A stretch of DNA of 64,000 bases from an uncultured Chitinophagaceae bacterium (GCA_937907395.1 CALCII010000013.1:45448-109447), one strand, 5' to 3'. Shown: positions 9,170-19,178, numbered from the stretch's first letter. Made by a program: numbers and translations. The notes: generated by a model from the sequence alone, not told the origin.

Positions 9170-11614
9170 TCAGTTTTTGGAGTGAATAATCTCGTCGGCT
9201 AAAGCCTTAATCCCTTTTTCAATATCCCCATCAAACTTTGCAGCATAAGCCTGTACTTTCACTTTTTCCTTTTCCTCTGTTGTATACGCCAGGTACTCTT
9301 CCGGCGATACTTCTGTACGATATACTTTGCTCAACACCCCTCCAAGAGAAATGAAGACCTCTTTATATTTTTTTGTCGGATCATTGGACTTGTTGATTGA
9401 TAAAACCAATGCCTTTTCTTTTTCTGTTAGTCCAAGCAATTCCTGTATCTGGTCGAATTTGTTTTGATACTTGCTTTGGTCTAACAATATCTTGCAATCA
9501 CTGTTATTGATAATCGCCTGCTTTACCACAGGCGATGAGATAATATCTTCCACTTCCTGAGTCACCACAATAGCTTCACCAAAGAATTTTCTGACTGTTT
9601 TAAATAAATACTTGATGTATTCCGCCATTCCTTCTTTAGCAATTGCTTTCCACGCTTCTTCAATCAGGATCATTTTGCGAATGCCTTTCAGCTTTCTCAT
9701 TTTGGAAATAAAAACTTCCATAATAATGATGGTTACAACGGGGAACAGAATTGGATGATCCTTGATATTATCCAGTTCAAATACAATAAACCGTTGCTGT
9801 AATAAATCCAGGTTCTCCTTTGCGTTTAACAGATAATCAAATTCACCACCTTTATAATATGGTCTCAGCACATACAGGAAGTTGGATACATCAAAATCTT
9901 TATCCTTCACATTGTCACCCTTCAGCACATTTACAAACTCATCTTTCAGAAAATCATAGAAACTATCAAAGCAGGGAAAGATGCTTTTATTATTTTCAAC
10001 TTTCTCAAAATATAATTGCAGTGCATTTGAAAGCGCCACATATTCACTTCGATTAAACGTTTCATTATCTTTTTTCCATAGTGCTAGCAAAAGCGTCTTG
10101 ATACTTTCCTTCTTCTCCGTATCCAAGATGTCTCCTTCACCTATGTAAAAAGGGTTAAACTTAATTGGTTTGGTTTCAGAATAGGTGAAGTAGTAGCCTT
10201 TCACCATATCGCATAGGCCCTTGTAGCTATGACCGACATCCACCAGTACAATATGTGTGCCTTTTTCATAGTAACTCCTCACCATGTGATTGGTAAAGAA
10301 AGATTTTCCGCTGCCGGATGGCCCCAAAATGAATTTATTCCTATTGGTGCAAATGCCTTTATCCATTGGTTCATCCGAAATATCCACATGCAAGGGTTTA
10401 CCTGTAAGCCGATCTCCAAGACGAATCCCTACGGGGCTTAAGGATGACCGGTAGTTGGTTTCCAAGTTGAAGAAGCAGCAAGCCTGTGGACTAAACGTAT
10501 CGAAAGTATCATTCATAGGAAAGTCAGCAGCATTGCCGGGAATGCCTGCCCAAAAGATTTGCGCTGATCCCTCGGTTTCTAATTTGGGTGTAGCATCCAT
10601 TTGTGTAAGTGCCGATGAACAGAGATTACGGATACTCTTTAATTCATCTCTGTTATCTGTCCATGCCAAAATATTAAAATGAGCTTTAACCGGAAGCCGT
10701 TGTTCACTAATGGCTTCGTTGAGAAAATCATCCGTGGCCTGTTTGCTGATGGCATTTTCCCTGCTGTACGCAGAAAGTGATTGGAGTCGCAGTCTTTTAC
10801 TTTCCAGTTTCTGCATTGTTTTCTGTACATCCTCGATAAATACATATTGGTTGTAGATATGATTGCAGGAAAGTAACTGACCAATTGGCGAAGCAAAGCC
10901 CATGCTGAATTTTGTTTTATCAGTAGAGTATTTATCATAGTTTATGCGTGAGCCACATAAAGCAGGTACAAATTCTGCATCCGCTATTGTATAGACCTGG
11001 CAATGGTTTTCGCCAATCTTCCATTCGGGTTTAAATTCAATATCTCTTAGAGTGACGGAATCGTTGCCAAGATTAAGATAGCGGAGAATGAAATCAGCCA
11101 GCAACTCATTCGCCATTATTTTCATTGTTACAAAACCACTGTCAAATAGTATCTTTTGAAACTGACCCACATGATTCATGAAATCATGAAAATGTTTTGG
11201 CTGTAACGTTTCTTCTGGAACAATTGTTCTGCGGAGCAGGCTGCTAAAAATGGAAGAACCCAATTTTCGGTTAGCCGGTTTTTTTGTAAGTATGATATAA
11301 CAACGATGGTCTAAATAAGGCCGTTCATTAAAGAACCTGTCGCTGCTTCTGGTAAGAAAACTATTGTCTTCCTGAATAAACGAAGGCTTATACTTTGCCT
11401 CGGTGAACCAATCCTGTTTATGCAATACACTATTCACTGGTAAAACCTTTATAGCTTTTATCCAGGCATGATGAAAGGCTTCGTATTCGTCATTGCTTAG
11501 TGTAAACAATTCAGGTAACTGCACATCAAATACAACTGTCACATCACCCATCTTGGAAAGGATAGCATTATTTTCAATAGAATAAACCGGCAGTATCTCA
11601 TTAAGATTTTTCAT
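9170..11614 (-). CDS. traG: TraG-family conjugative transposon ATPase (VirB4-like)
   Basis: 814 aa. Walker A GPSGSGKS is encoded at 10301-10324 (verified on the DNA). Size and position are typical. Its start overlaps the traF stop by 14 nt. Confidence 0.92.
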   Translation of the reverse strand: MKNLNEILPVYSIENNAILSKMGDVTVVFDVQLPELFTLSNDEYEAFHHAWIKAIKVLPVNSVLHKQDWFTEAKYKPSFIQEDNSFLTRSSDRFFNERPYLDHRCYIILTKKPANRKLGSSIFSSLLRRTIVPEETLQPKHFHDFMNHVGQFQKILFDSGFVTMKIMANELLADFILRYLNLGNDSVTLRDIEFKPEWKIGENHCQVYTIADAEFVPALCGSRINYDKYSTDKTKFSMGFASPIGQLLSCNHIYNQYVFIEDVQKTMQKLESKRLRLQSLSAYSRENAISKQATDDFLNEAISEQRLPVKAHFNILAWTDNRDELKSIRNLCSSALTQMDATPKLETEGSAQIFWAGIPGNAADFPMNDTFDTFSPQACCFFNLETNYRSSLSPVGIRLGDRLTGKPLHVDISDEPMDKGICTNRNKFILGPSGSGKSFFTNHMVRSYYEKGTHIVLVDVGHSYKGLCDMVKGYYFTYSETKPIKFNPFYIGEGDILDTEKKESIKTLLLALWKKDNETFNRSEYVALSNALQLYFEKVENNKSIFPCFDSFYDFLKDEFVNVLKGDNVKDKDFDVSNFLYVLRPYYKGGEFDYLLNAKENLDLLQQRFIVFELDNIKDHPILFPVVTIIIMEVFISKMRKLKGIRKMILIEEAWKAIAKEGMAEYIKYLFKTVRKFFGEAIVVTQEVEDIISSPVVKQAIINNSDCKILLDQSKYQNKFDQIQELLGLTEKEKALVLSINKSNDPTKKYKEVFISLGGVLSKVYRTEVSPEEYLAYTTEEKEKVKVQAYAAKFDGDIEKGIKALADEIIHSKN

Positions 11615-11933
11615 TCAGCAACATCTTTTTCAATTTCACTTTTGAATAACTCTTTATCACATCCGGCACTGAACGGCGTGCAATCTTTTTCATCATGCCA
11701 TGTTCGCCATAAGTCCGGCTCAGTTTATAGATACGCATAAATAAGGCGGTAGTAAGCACTGCAATAAATGGCAGACAAAAGAAAATACCCAGGCCGCTGA
11801 TATAGAGTATTGCAAATAGTATCAGCAACACTACTAAGCCGCCGCCCAGGTACCAGATATATTGAGCTTTAAGCCCTTTGAACTCAATGCTCCTGTTAAT
11901 CCCTTTATTGATTTGATAAACGCTGTTAGACAT
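11601..11933 (-). CDS. traF: TraF-like small membrane protein (DUF4133)
   Basis: The ATG at 11933 gives MSNSVYQINKGINRSIEFKGLKAQYIWYLGGG followed by 2 TM segments. The track start at 11972 is TTG. Confidence 0.75.
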   Translation of the reverse strand: MSNSVYQINKGINRSIEFKGLKAQYIWYLGGGLVVLLILFAILYISGLGIFFCLPFIAVLTTALFMRIYKLSRTYGEHGMMKKIARRSVPDVIKSYSKVKLKKMLLNEKS

Positions 11934-12112
11934 ATCTATTTGCTTTAGCGGATGGAGCAAATAGTTTTCCAAATACAGAATTAATGGGGTAAGGAAGGTA
12001 GCACTAACTGATAGTAGTGCTCTTTCAGTTTCCTTTTGAATTGTGATTGCAGTACATTTTTTGAATAAATCCTATATCTTACTTATTCATTTGAAAAAGC
12101 AGCTATTATCTA

Positions 12113-12742
12113 ATGAAGATTATTGGTAAATTATTTTCACTATTTAAGAAAGATTGTATGGTAGAAGAACTTTATAAAATTGGTGCTTACCATGAAGCCG
12201 GACATGCGGTATTAGGATTTTACTCAGGATTTGAAGTCAAAAGCATTTCATTAATAATCGCCGATCCCGGCAGCGGTATCACAAGGTTTGATTATGGTAT
12301 AGACAATTTATTAATTACTGGAATTTTAAATGCAAAGAAAGACCCTGCATTTTTCAATTCACTTTCACAACCTGTCAGAGCAAGGACTCCTCAAACGTGT
12401 TTAAAAATATGCAATACACTAATTGCAGGACCTGTTGCAGAAGCCATAAATAAATTTGGCATTGACTACACTGGCAATATGGAAGTTGGTATTAAAGATC
12501 CGGATGCCGAGGGGATTGAAGCTGCTGATTATGTACTTTCAATAATTGACAAGAACCATAGTAAAACATATTTACAAGAAACAATTATTTCAATAACTGA
12601 GATTTTAAGAAATGAACAATTTTGGAAGGTTGTAATCAGCTTATCCGATAAGTTGTTAAGCTCCAAAGCTAAAATGCTTACACAGCAAGAAATTGAAGCT
12701 GTTTTCGAAAAGCATAATTTCACTCAATATGACAGATTATAA
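12113..12742 (+). CDS. stand-alone FtsH-type (peptidase M41-like) zinc metalloprotease domain with no AAA+ module
   Basis: 209 aa. AYHEAGHAVLG has HEAGH encoded at 12191-12205 (verified). Downstream, IAGPVAEA...DPDAEGIEAADYVL is colinear with the FtsH GGRAAEE...ASNDIxxAT region. It is the only plus-strand gene inside the tra block. Confidence 0.6.
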   Translation: MKIIGKLFSLFKKDCMVEELYKIGAYHEAGHAVLGFYSGFEVKSISLIIADPGSGITRFDYGIDNLLITGILNAKKDPAFFNSLSQPVRARTPQTCLKICNTLIAGPVAEAINKFGIDYTGNMEVGIKDPDAEGIEAADYVLSIIDKNHSKTYLQETIISITEILRNEQFWKVVISLSDKLLSSKAKMLTQQEIEAVFEKHNFTQYDRL

Positions 12743-12786
12743 ATTATATAAGGGCAAACTTCATCAGCATAGAGATAATGCAGCAA

Positions 12787-15700
12787 CTAAATCCTAATGC
12801 CCTTTGTTTTTCCTTCGCTTACCTTTCTCTTTGCTAATAAGGATTTTTCATCTTTTTGTGTTTTAATTTCCAACTTTACTACCGGAGTTTCAACTGCTAC
12901 TTCAGCAGTCTCATGCTGCTTAATCTGGTTTGCCTGTATCTTCATCGTAATCTCCCTTTCCAATCTTGAAACGTCTTTCTTTAACTGTGCCAACTCATCT
13001 TCTTTATCAAAAGGCTTTGCTGCTATTTTTTCGAGCATTGGAATATTTTGATTGAGCTCGTTGAGTTCTTTTTGATATTTTTCTTTTAAGCTTTCAATCC
13101 GGTCAATGGCATTTAGTAAATACCGGGCGGCCAATTTTGGATTATCAATATTGATATGGCCCTGGTTCCAGGAGTATTTTATGCCAGTTTGTTTACTCTC
13201 TGCATAGAACACATTACTGTATTTGTATTCAAACAACCCTTTGTCCTCATAAGTTTCTTTTTGCCTGCGGATAAATAAATCAAAGCCATGCAGTTCTCCA
13301 ATCTTTTTATTATCATGGTCACCAATATCAGGTTTCCAGTCTGTGTAGAGACGTATTAAATGGTTGCCGATAGTTTCTGCATCTGCACTATTTAGACCTT
13401 CAAGATGAATAGGGTTAATTTTTATTCCGTCTTTATCATACTGTAACTGATTTTTGTATTGCTTTTCATCTATGCTCAACTTGTCTAAAGTCTGCAGTGT
13501 TTTACCTTTTACTTCCTGAAGATTTTCTAATTTAAACCTTGACCGGAATATTTCTTTATGGTGAGCATTGCGTAAGCTTTCTAAAACCGCTATCTTTTTT
13601 TCCATCTTTGATTTTTCCAGTAGCGTAGTATCTCCAGAAAGTATGGCGATGTATTCGGAGAAATTCATACCACTTTTTTCGTCAATGCTTCCTTCATCAA
13701 TTGTTCTTACATTTAATTCGCAATTCTTCATCTGGCTGATAAAGGTTTGCTTATTCTTCAAAAGGTTGAACTTATAGTTATCCAGCGATTGCTCAACGGC
13801 GTAGATAAAATTCTTAACCTTATTATTGTAAAATTCTTTGGCAACAATATTTCCCTGTCTTGCACCACGACCATCTCTTTGCTCCAGTTCAGAAGGTTTC
13901 CAGGGAATATCCAAATGGTGCATGGCAACTACCTTCGCCTGCACATTTAAACCAGTGCCTGCCTTCTCCGTGCTGCCTAACATAATCCTTATTTCACCAT
14001 TATTCATCTTACGAAACAGTTCTGGCTTTTGCTTATCTGTCCAGTCATGTATGAATGTGATATGATAGGCAGGAATTTTAAAATCGTTAATTAGTTTTTC
14101 TTTCAGGGCATCATAAATATTAAATTCATCAGGCTTGGGAGTACCAATATCACAGAATATAATTTGTGTTCCATTTTGCTCTTTGCTCAGGTCATAAATT
14201 TCAGCTACTTTTCTTGCACAGACATTTACTTTATTATTTGGATGGTCGTTGTATTTACCGGAGTCAATCAGTCGCATATCAGCGGCCATTTTTTTTGCAT
14301 AGTTCGTTGCAATCAGCATACGACCTTTATCTTCTTCATCTGTCAGTCTTGGCCTGCCGATTAATTCGCCGTCACCTGTTTTGGCAAATTGCATCAGTCG
14401 TTTTGTAAATTCCTGTTGCTCTGGTGTTGGTGGAATATTGATTAACTGTTCATCAATTTCAGGTTTATCCAAATTAATATGCTTGGCCGTTTTATAATCA
14501 GTAATCTCATTATAGAACAATGCCAGTTCAGGAACTTTTATAAAATGACGAAACCTTTCTTTCGCAATGATTTCATTTGTTACTGAAAATTCAAAGTCGG
14601 TTGTTTTCTTCGCAAACACAGCAGCCCATGCATCAAAATTTTCAATCCGTTGCCGCTCCATTTCTTTTGGGCGCAGGTATTTAAACAGCAGGTACATTTC
14701 AGTCAAGCTGTTGCTGATAGGTGTGCCGGAAAGAAAGGTAACACACAGGTCGCTGTTAAATCTTGTTTGCAGTTCCCGAACAGCAAACAACATATTCAGT
14801 GCTTTCTGGCTTCCTTCTTTATTTCCCAGCCCAGCAACTCTATCATGTCGTGTAGTGTAAGTAAGATTTTTATATTTGTGGGCCTCATCTACAAACAAAT
14901 GATCAACTCCGAGTTCCCGGAAGTTGATCCCCGCATCTTTCTTTTCTTCAATATTTTTTCTAAGTTCCTGGAGCTTCACAGCAAGATTTGTTTTTCGTAT
15001 CTCCAGTCCTTTCAACATACGGCGGGAGATTTCTCCGCCCATTTCTTTAAGGGTATGCAAATCTCTTTCTACATTATCCAGCTCTGTCTCAAAAATCTGC
15101 TTTTGTATTTCAGGGCTTTGGGGAATTTTTCCAAACTGGTCATGCGTGAGAATAATGCAATCCCAATTATTATTTTTTATTTCATGAAATAAGCGCAATC
15201 GTTTAGCTGGAGTAAAATCATTTTCGTCCGGAGCCAATATTCTTGCATTGGGGTATGCTTTTCTGTAAGTTTCTGCAATCTGCCGCACATTAGCTTTAAG
15301 TGCAAGTATCATTGGCTTGTTTACAATCTTCAGCCTTTTCATTTCATGTGAAGCAACCACCATCGTCAATGTTTTTCCCAAGCCCACTTCATGGTCAATC
15401 AATGCTCCACGATTTTGCACAATACGCCAAACCGAGTTTTTTTGTGAACTATACAAGTCATCAATACTTAACCTTCTCTTGTCAAGACCTGGAAATTGTA
15501 AATGGCTACCATCATATTCTCTCAATACATAACAATTGAATGTATCGTTATACAGGGCCTCTAATTCTTTTTTGTCATTTGCTGGTAACTCTTTTAACCA
15601 GTCAATAAAGCCATTGCGGATAGATTCTATTTTCTGGTGTGCCAACTGAATGGCTTCATTATCCGGAACCCGGATTGTTTTATCACCCAGATCAACTTCG

Positions 15701-18291
15701 TAAGTGTAGAAGGGTGTAGTATTCTCCAACGCATGTTCTAATAGCAAAGCTCCGTACGTAGTTTTTCCGCTCTTGGTTGTTACTGCATACTCCTGGTTTG
15801 TTTTTGCATTGCTGCTGAAGGGTTTTACTTTAAATGAATCAACAGAAGGGAAATAGCTAACATCGGTGTTCATCTCAAAAAGATGAGTAGCAAAACGATT
15901 GTAGTAATCATTAGGTATCCAACGTTCGCCAAGGTTGAAGTCTAGTAATTCAAAAGGAATTTTTTCAGGCTGTACTTTTTGTAAAGCAGAGAGGCTTTTA
16001 AACAATTGCAGATTATCTGGATTCTTCTCTGCTGCTTCTGACGCTACTCGTAGCTTACTCACCACATTGCCGCTTAGAAACTGGTCGGCTGTTTCCCATT
16101 CATTGTTAGCCGGATTAATGTAAATATGGTTACCCAAAGCGGCAATAGTTTCAGGTTCTGTACTGTCTGTTGCCGCAGCAATAAACTCTATATCCACCTT
16201 GCCTTTATCATTCAAGCTTTTTGCCAGGGCTTCTAAAGGATTGTCGGTTGTATAAACTTCCTGTTTCGGTAATAATGATTGTGTGAGAATATCAGCCTTT
16301 ACAAATTGTTCGCCGTATTTTCTTTCGAGAGAAGAAAGCATGGTTAATCCAAATGCTTCATCTTTTAGAATGCGTTGCCTGTTGGCAGGTGAATTCAAAA
16401 GACCAAATCCTTTAATCAATGCTTCATAAGCTTCGTTCAAATCCCTCCTTACATTCTCATCTACGTGAGTTCCTGTATTTTCTTTTTCGGAAAGCGCCAG
16501 GTACATATCTCGTATGGTGCTGTATTGCTGATAAAACCCCAGGTCTTTCTTATCATGCAGGCTGGGCATAAAGACCGGTTTGTCATCATCCGATGCCATG
16601 TAGGAAACAAAGCCAACACGGTTGTTATGTACAATCAGCGTTCCTTCTTTGTAAAAAGGATTAGCGTTATGTAATGTATCCAGTTTATCATCGTCTCCCA
16701 ATGAAACATGAAACACAGTGTCACCATCATTGTAAAACTGTTGGTCATATTTTTTGAGTGCATTGGTTAAGCCTGTCAATTCATGTTGGAGTAGGCCAGC
16801 ATTCATCCAGTTAGCTGAGAACTGTAATTCTTCGGCATTGGAGTAAAGTTTATAAACATATTGTTTGAAAGCTGTTGATTTGGCCGTCATCAAAACAATA
16901 AGTTCATGCTCTGGCTTGTCAACTGGCCGGATAATATTGAGAATTCTCGCCGTTTTTTTGTCAACAACCGTCAAATCAAGAGGATTGATATAGGCGTTAG
17001 CCCTGTTGATACTTGTAGCAGACCCATTATCAAACAAACCCAATTGCACCGAGCTGCTATCCGGCTTGTTGTCAGGCATAGCTGTATAAGTGAGTTGTCT
17101 TTCTTTTGACTTATCAATCTGTTTTATTTGCCTGTTGAAATTATCGGCATTAAATCTTTTGTCAATCCCTTTGCTGATTGAATCAGCAAGCTTTGGCATT
17201 ATAAGTTTAATATTTCCGGTTTGCCAGACCGTTTCATGTGCCTTCCCATATTGGTCCTTACCAGGCTTAATTTGGTTGCCAAGAATTATTTCAGGATGAA
17301 GAACAACGTATTGATTGAGGGAGTAATTACCAAATTCATTTTCCTGATCAACTGATTTTATCAGTTGCTGTTCTTCTTCTGTTAAAGATTGTTTGTCTTT
17401 ATTTTTTTGCACAATCAGCAAATGACTGGAAGCTTCTGTATTACCCGTATCTTTCATCAGGTTATCCGGCATTATATTCAGGCTGACAAAATCGGAATTG
17501 CCGAATAAATATTCTCTTGCTGATTGATTAGACGGACTATTTAAAAAGGAATCAGTGCTGATGTATGCCATCAGCCCGCCATCCTTTAGCTTATCAAGTC
17601 CCTTTGCAAAGAAATAGTTATGTATTTTATCTGTTAGCCCTCTCTCATTTATCGTATCATCATACACTTTAAAATTCCCAAAGGGAATATTGCTCACAAT
17701 TAAATCATACTGCCCATTCTCTGAAGAAGCCGTTTCTTCAAAGCCTTTTATTTCAATGGACGTAGGAACAGATATAGAACTACTTAATGCAGTTAATACT
17801 TTGCCTGTTATAAGATCTTTCTCAACTGCGGTGATTGTCTTCAATGACGGAAATGTCGCTGCGGCCTCGGTTACAAACACACCGGCACCGGCGCTGGGTT
17901 CGTACAAGGATCTTGGTTCAACACCTCTTTCTTTTAAGATGCTAAACAACGTCTGAGGAATGAAGTCGGGTGTATAAAAAGCTGTTAGAATGCTGTTGCG
18001 GATTGAATCAATTGCATCTTTATATTCTTTGTCTGTAAGTTTTTGCTGCAATATCTCATGCAGCTCCATTATTTGTGGGTATAGTTTTAAATCTTCCTTC
18101 GATGCATTTAGCTTCTTCCATTCTTCTTTAACAGCTTTTGGAAACAGAACAGCTTTCAACCCACCAAAACCGGAATACTTCTTTAATGCAGAAATCTGGT
18201 CAGAGGACAACACCATTCCTTCTGACCAGTTCAAAGAAATCCGAATAGCTTCGATATTGTCTTTAAGTTTCTGCTGACTGTTGTAACTCAT
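12787..18291 (-). CDS. polyvalent N6-adenine DNA methyltransferase / SNF2-DEAH helicase fusion protein
   Basis: 1834 aa. SAM motif I YEPSAGAGVF at 17875-17901. Catalytic NIPF at 17680-17691 (verified). Helicase motif I HEVGLGKTL, motif II DEAH at 14878-14889 (verified), LSGTPISNS and QRDGRGARQGN. Confidence 0.9.
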   Translation of the reverse strand: MSYNSQQKLKDNIEAIRISLNWSEGMVLSSDQISALKKYSGFGGLKAVLFPKAVKEEWKKLNASKEDLKLYPQIMELHEILQQKLTDKEYKDAIDSIRNSILTAFYTPDFIPQTLFSILKERGVEPRSLYEPSAGAGVFVTEAAATFPSLKTITAVEKDLITGKVLTALSSSISVPTSIEIKGFEETASSENGQYDLIVSNIPFGNFKVYDDTINERGLTDKIHNYFFAKGLDKLKDGGLMAYISTDSFLNSPSNQSAREYLFGNSDFVSLNIMPDNLMKDTGNTEASSHLLIVQKNKDKQSLTEEEQQLIKSVDQENEFGNYSLNQYVVLHPEIILGNQIKPGKDQYGKAHETVWQTGNIKLIMPKLADSISKGIDKRFNADNFNRQIKQIDKSKERQLTYTAMPDNKPDSSSVQLGLFDNGSATSINRANAYINPLDLTVVDKKTARILNIIRPVDKPEHELIVLMTAKSTAFKQYVYKLYSNAEELQFSANWMNAGLLQHELTGLTNALKKYDQQFYNDGDTVFHVSLGDDDKLDTLHNANPFYKEGTLIVHNNRVGFVSYMASDDDKPVFMPSLHDKKDLGFYQQYSTIRDMYLALSEKENTGTHVDENVRRDLNEAYEALIKGFGLLNSPANRQRILKDEAFGLTMLSSLERKYGEQFVKADILTQSLLPKQEVYTTDNPLEALAKSLNDKGKVDIEFIAAATDSTEPETIAALGNHIYINPANNEWETADQFLSGNVVSKLRVASEAAEKNPDNLQLFKSLSALQKVQPEKIPFELLDFNLGERWIPNDYYNRFATHLFEMNTDVSYFPSVDSFKVKPFSSNAKTNQEYAVTTKSGKTTYGALLLEHALENTTPFYTYEVDLGDKTIRVPDNEAIQLAHQKIESIRNGFIDWLKELPANDKKELEALYNDTFNCYVLREYDGSHLQFPGLDKRRLSIDDLYSSQKNSVWRIVQNRGALIDHEVGLGKTLTMVVASHEMKRLKIVNKPMILALKANVRQIAETYRKAYPNARILAPDENDFTPAKRLRLFHEIKNNNWDCIILTHDQFGKIPQSPEIQKQIFETELDNVERDLHTLKEMGGEISRRMLKGLEIRKTNLAVKLQELRKNIEEKKDAGINFRELGVDHLFVDEAHKYKNLTYTTRHDRVAGLGNKEGSQKALNMLFAVRELQTRFNSDLCVTFLSGTPISNSLTEMYLLFKYLRPKEMERQRIENFDAWAAVFAKKTTDFEFSVTNEIIAKERFRHFIKVPELALFYNEITDYKTAKHINLDKPEIDEQLINIPPTPEQQEFTKRLMQFAKTGDGELIGRPRLTDEEDKGRMLIATNYAKKMAADMRLIDSGKYNDHPNNKVNVCARKVAEIYDLSKEQNGTQIIFCDIGTPKPDEFNIYDALKEKLINDFKIPAYHITFIHDWTDKQKPELFRKMNNGEIRIMLGSTEKAGTGLNVQAKVVAMHHLDIPWKPSELEQRDGRGARQGNIVAKEFYNNKVKNFIYAVEQSLDNYKFNLLKNKQTFISQMKNCELNVRTIDEGSIDEKSGMNFSEYIAILSGDTTLLEKSKMEKKIAVLESLRNAHHKEIFRSRFKLENLQEVKGKTLQTLDKLSIDEKQYKNQLQYDKDGIKINPIHLEGLNSADAETIGNHLIRLYTDWKPDIGDHDNKKIGELHGFDLFIRRQKETYEDKGLFEYKYSNVFYAESKQTGIKYSWNQGHINIDNPKLAARYLLNAIDRIESLKEKYQKELNELNQNIPMLEKIAAKPFDKEDELAQLKKDVSRLEREITMKIQANQIKQHETAEVAVETPVVKLEIKTQKDEKSLLAKRKVSEGKTKGIRI

Positions 18292-18745
18292 TGCTCACAG
18301 TTTCATTCACACGGTTACTTTCCAGGTATTCACTCACTGCACCGGTTATGGCATAGCGGATAAATTGGTTATCCTCGTTTTCCTCTACGAATCGTAAATC
18401 ATCAAAAATGGAATTGCAGTAGTTAATCATATTGATAATCTCATGCTGAAGTAATCCTGATTGAAGAAGCTGTTCATAATCCCTTTCAAATTCCATTTCC
18501 AGAATGTTAAGGATGTAATTGTACAGTGAAGGCCGCAAATCCCTTGTCATTTCTTCAAGGCATATTTCCTCAATGATGTAATCAAGTTGTTTATCGCTTT
18601 TTAACTGCTGGATTAATGGCTCTGCACTGTATGCTTTATCATATAGCCAGGATCGTAGTTTATCTTCTGCTTCTAGTGCAAAAAGTATATCCGGGTTATT
18701 ATCCCTGATATACTCCAATAATTTGCCGATTAAGATTTCTTTCAT
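18263..18745 (-). CDS. DUF1896-like protein (usual upstream partner of the methylase/helicase in Bacteroidota CTns)
   Basis: The ATG at 18745 (MKEILIGKLLEYIRDNNPD...) avoids overlap with traE. The track start at 18823 would overlap traE. The ORF ends 29 nt inside the methylase ORF. Confidence 0.55.
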   Translation of the reverse strand: MKEILIGKLLEYIRDNNPDILFALEAEDKLRSWLYDKAYSAEPLIQQLKSDKQLDYIIEEICLEEMTRDLRPSLYNYILNILEMEFERDYEQLLQSGLLQHEIINMINYCNSIFDDLRFVEENEDNQFIRYAITGAVSEYLESNRVNETVSNELQQSAET

Positions 18746-18756
18746 ACACAATGGTT

Positions 18757-19077
18757 TTATACACCAAAGAATGAGCGGATAACGGTGGCTACTATCACCA
18801 GGAATACACAACTCCCAAACCATGCAGCTGCAACTTTACCGGTATCATGGTCGCCGCTGTTCCATTTTTGATAGACTTTTACAGCGCCGATCAACCCTAC
18901 AATAGCACCCACCGCATACATCAGGTTTACACCAGCAGCAAAATAGCTTCTTACTTTAGTGTTAGCTTCGTTTATACCAGCGTTGCCATCCTGGGCCAAC
19001 GCTGATACTGTAACCAGCAGCAACAAAAAAGAGACTGTTCCATAAATCAATTTTCTTCTTGCAATCACTGTTTTCAT
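18757..19077 (-). CDS. traE: TraE-like pilin-type small membrane protein (DUF4134)
   Basis: The ATG at 19077 gives MKTVIARRK..., a signal/TM segment, AGINEANTKVRSYF and two hydrophobic helices. This is typical of DUF4134. Confidence 0.75.
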   Translation of the reverse strand: MKTVIARRKLIYGTVSFLLLLVTVSALAQDGNAGINEANTKVRSYFAAGVNLMYAVGAIVGLIGAVKVYQKWNSGDHDTGKVAAAWFGSCVFLVIVATVIRSFFGV

Positions 19078-19080
19078 ACA

Positions 19081-19171
19081 CACATTAATTTGAAAAATGA
19101 ATAAAAAAAAGAATGCTTCATTATGCTAACCCATCGCACTTGATTTTCTTGCCCGCAGATAATGAAGCATT
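19081..19171 (-). terminator. 13-bp perfect inverted repeat followed (in the minus-strand sense) by C+T8: terminator/attenuator-like element just upstream of traE
   Basis: AATGCTTCATTAT at 19112-19124 and ATAATGAAGCATT at 19159-19171, with a 34-nt spacer. The A8 run at 19103-19110 on the plus strand becomes a U8 run after the hairpin on the minus-strand RNA. Confidence 0.4.
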
Positions 19172-19178
19172 ACTTTCA

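Noticed and set aside
11990-12030. 7-bp inverted repeat AGCACTA...TAGTGCT in the divergent traF / M41-peptidase spacer
   Set aside because: The stem is short and the position has no obvious terminator role because it lies between divergent starts. I kept it only as a possible operator, without support.
14650-15192. 180-aa plus-strand ORF, plus many 60-100-aa ORFs (12797-18277), antisense to the methylase/helicase gene
   Set aside because: They lie fully inside a 5.5-kb ORF with verified MTase and helicase motifs. They are low-complexity Ser/Phe/Leu-rich translations typical of the antisense of AT-rich coding DNA.
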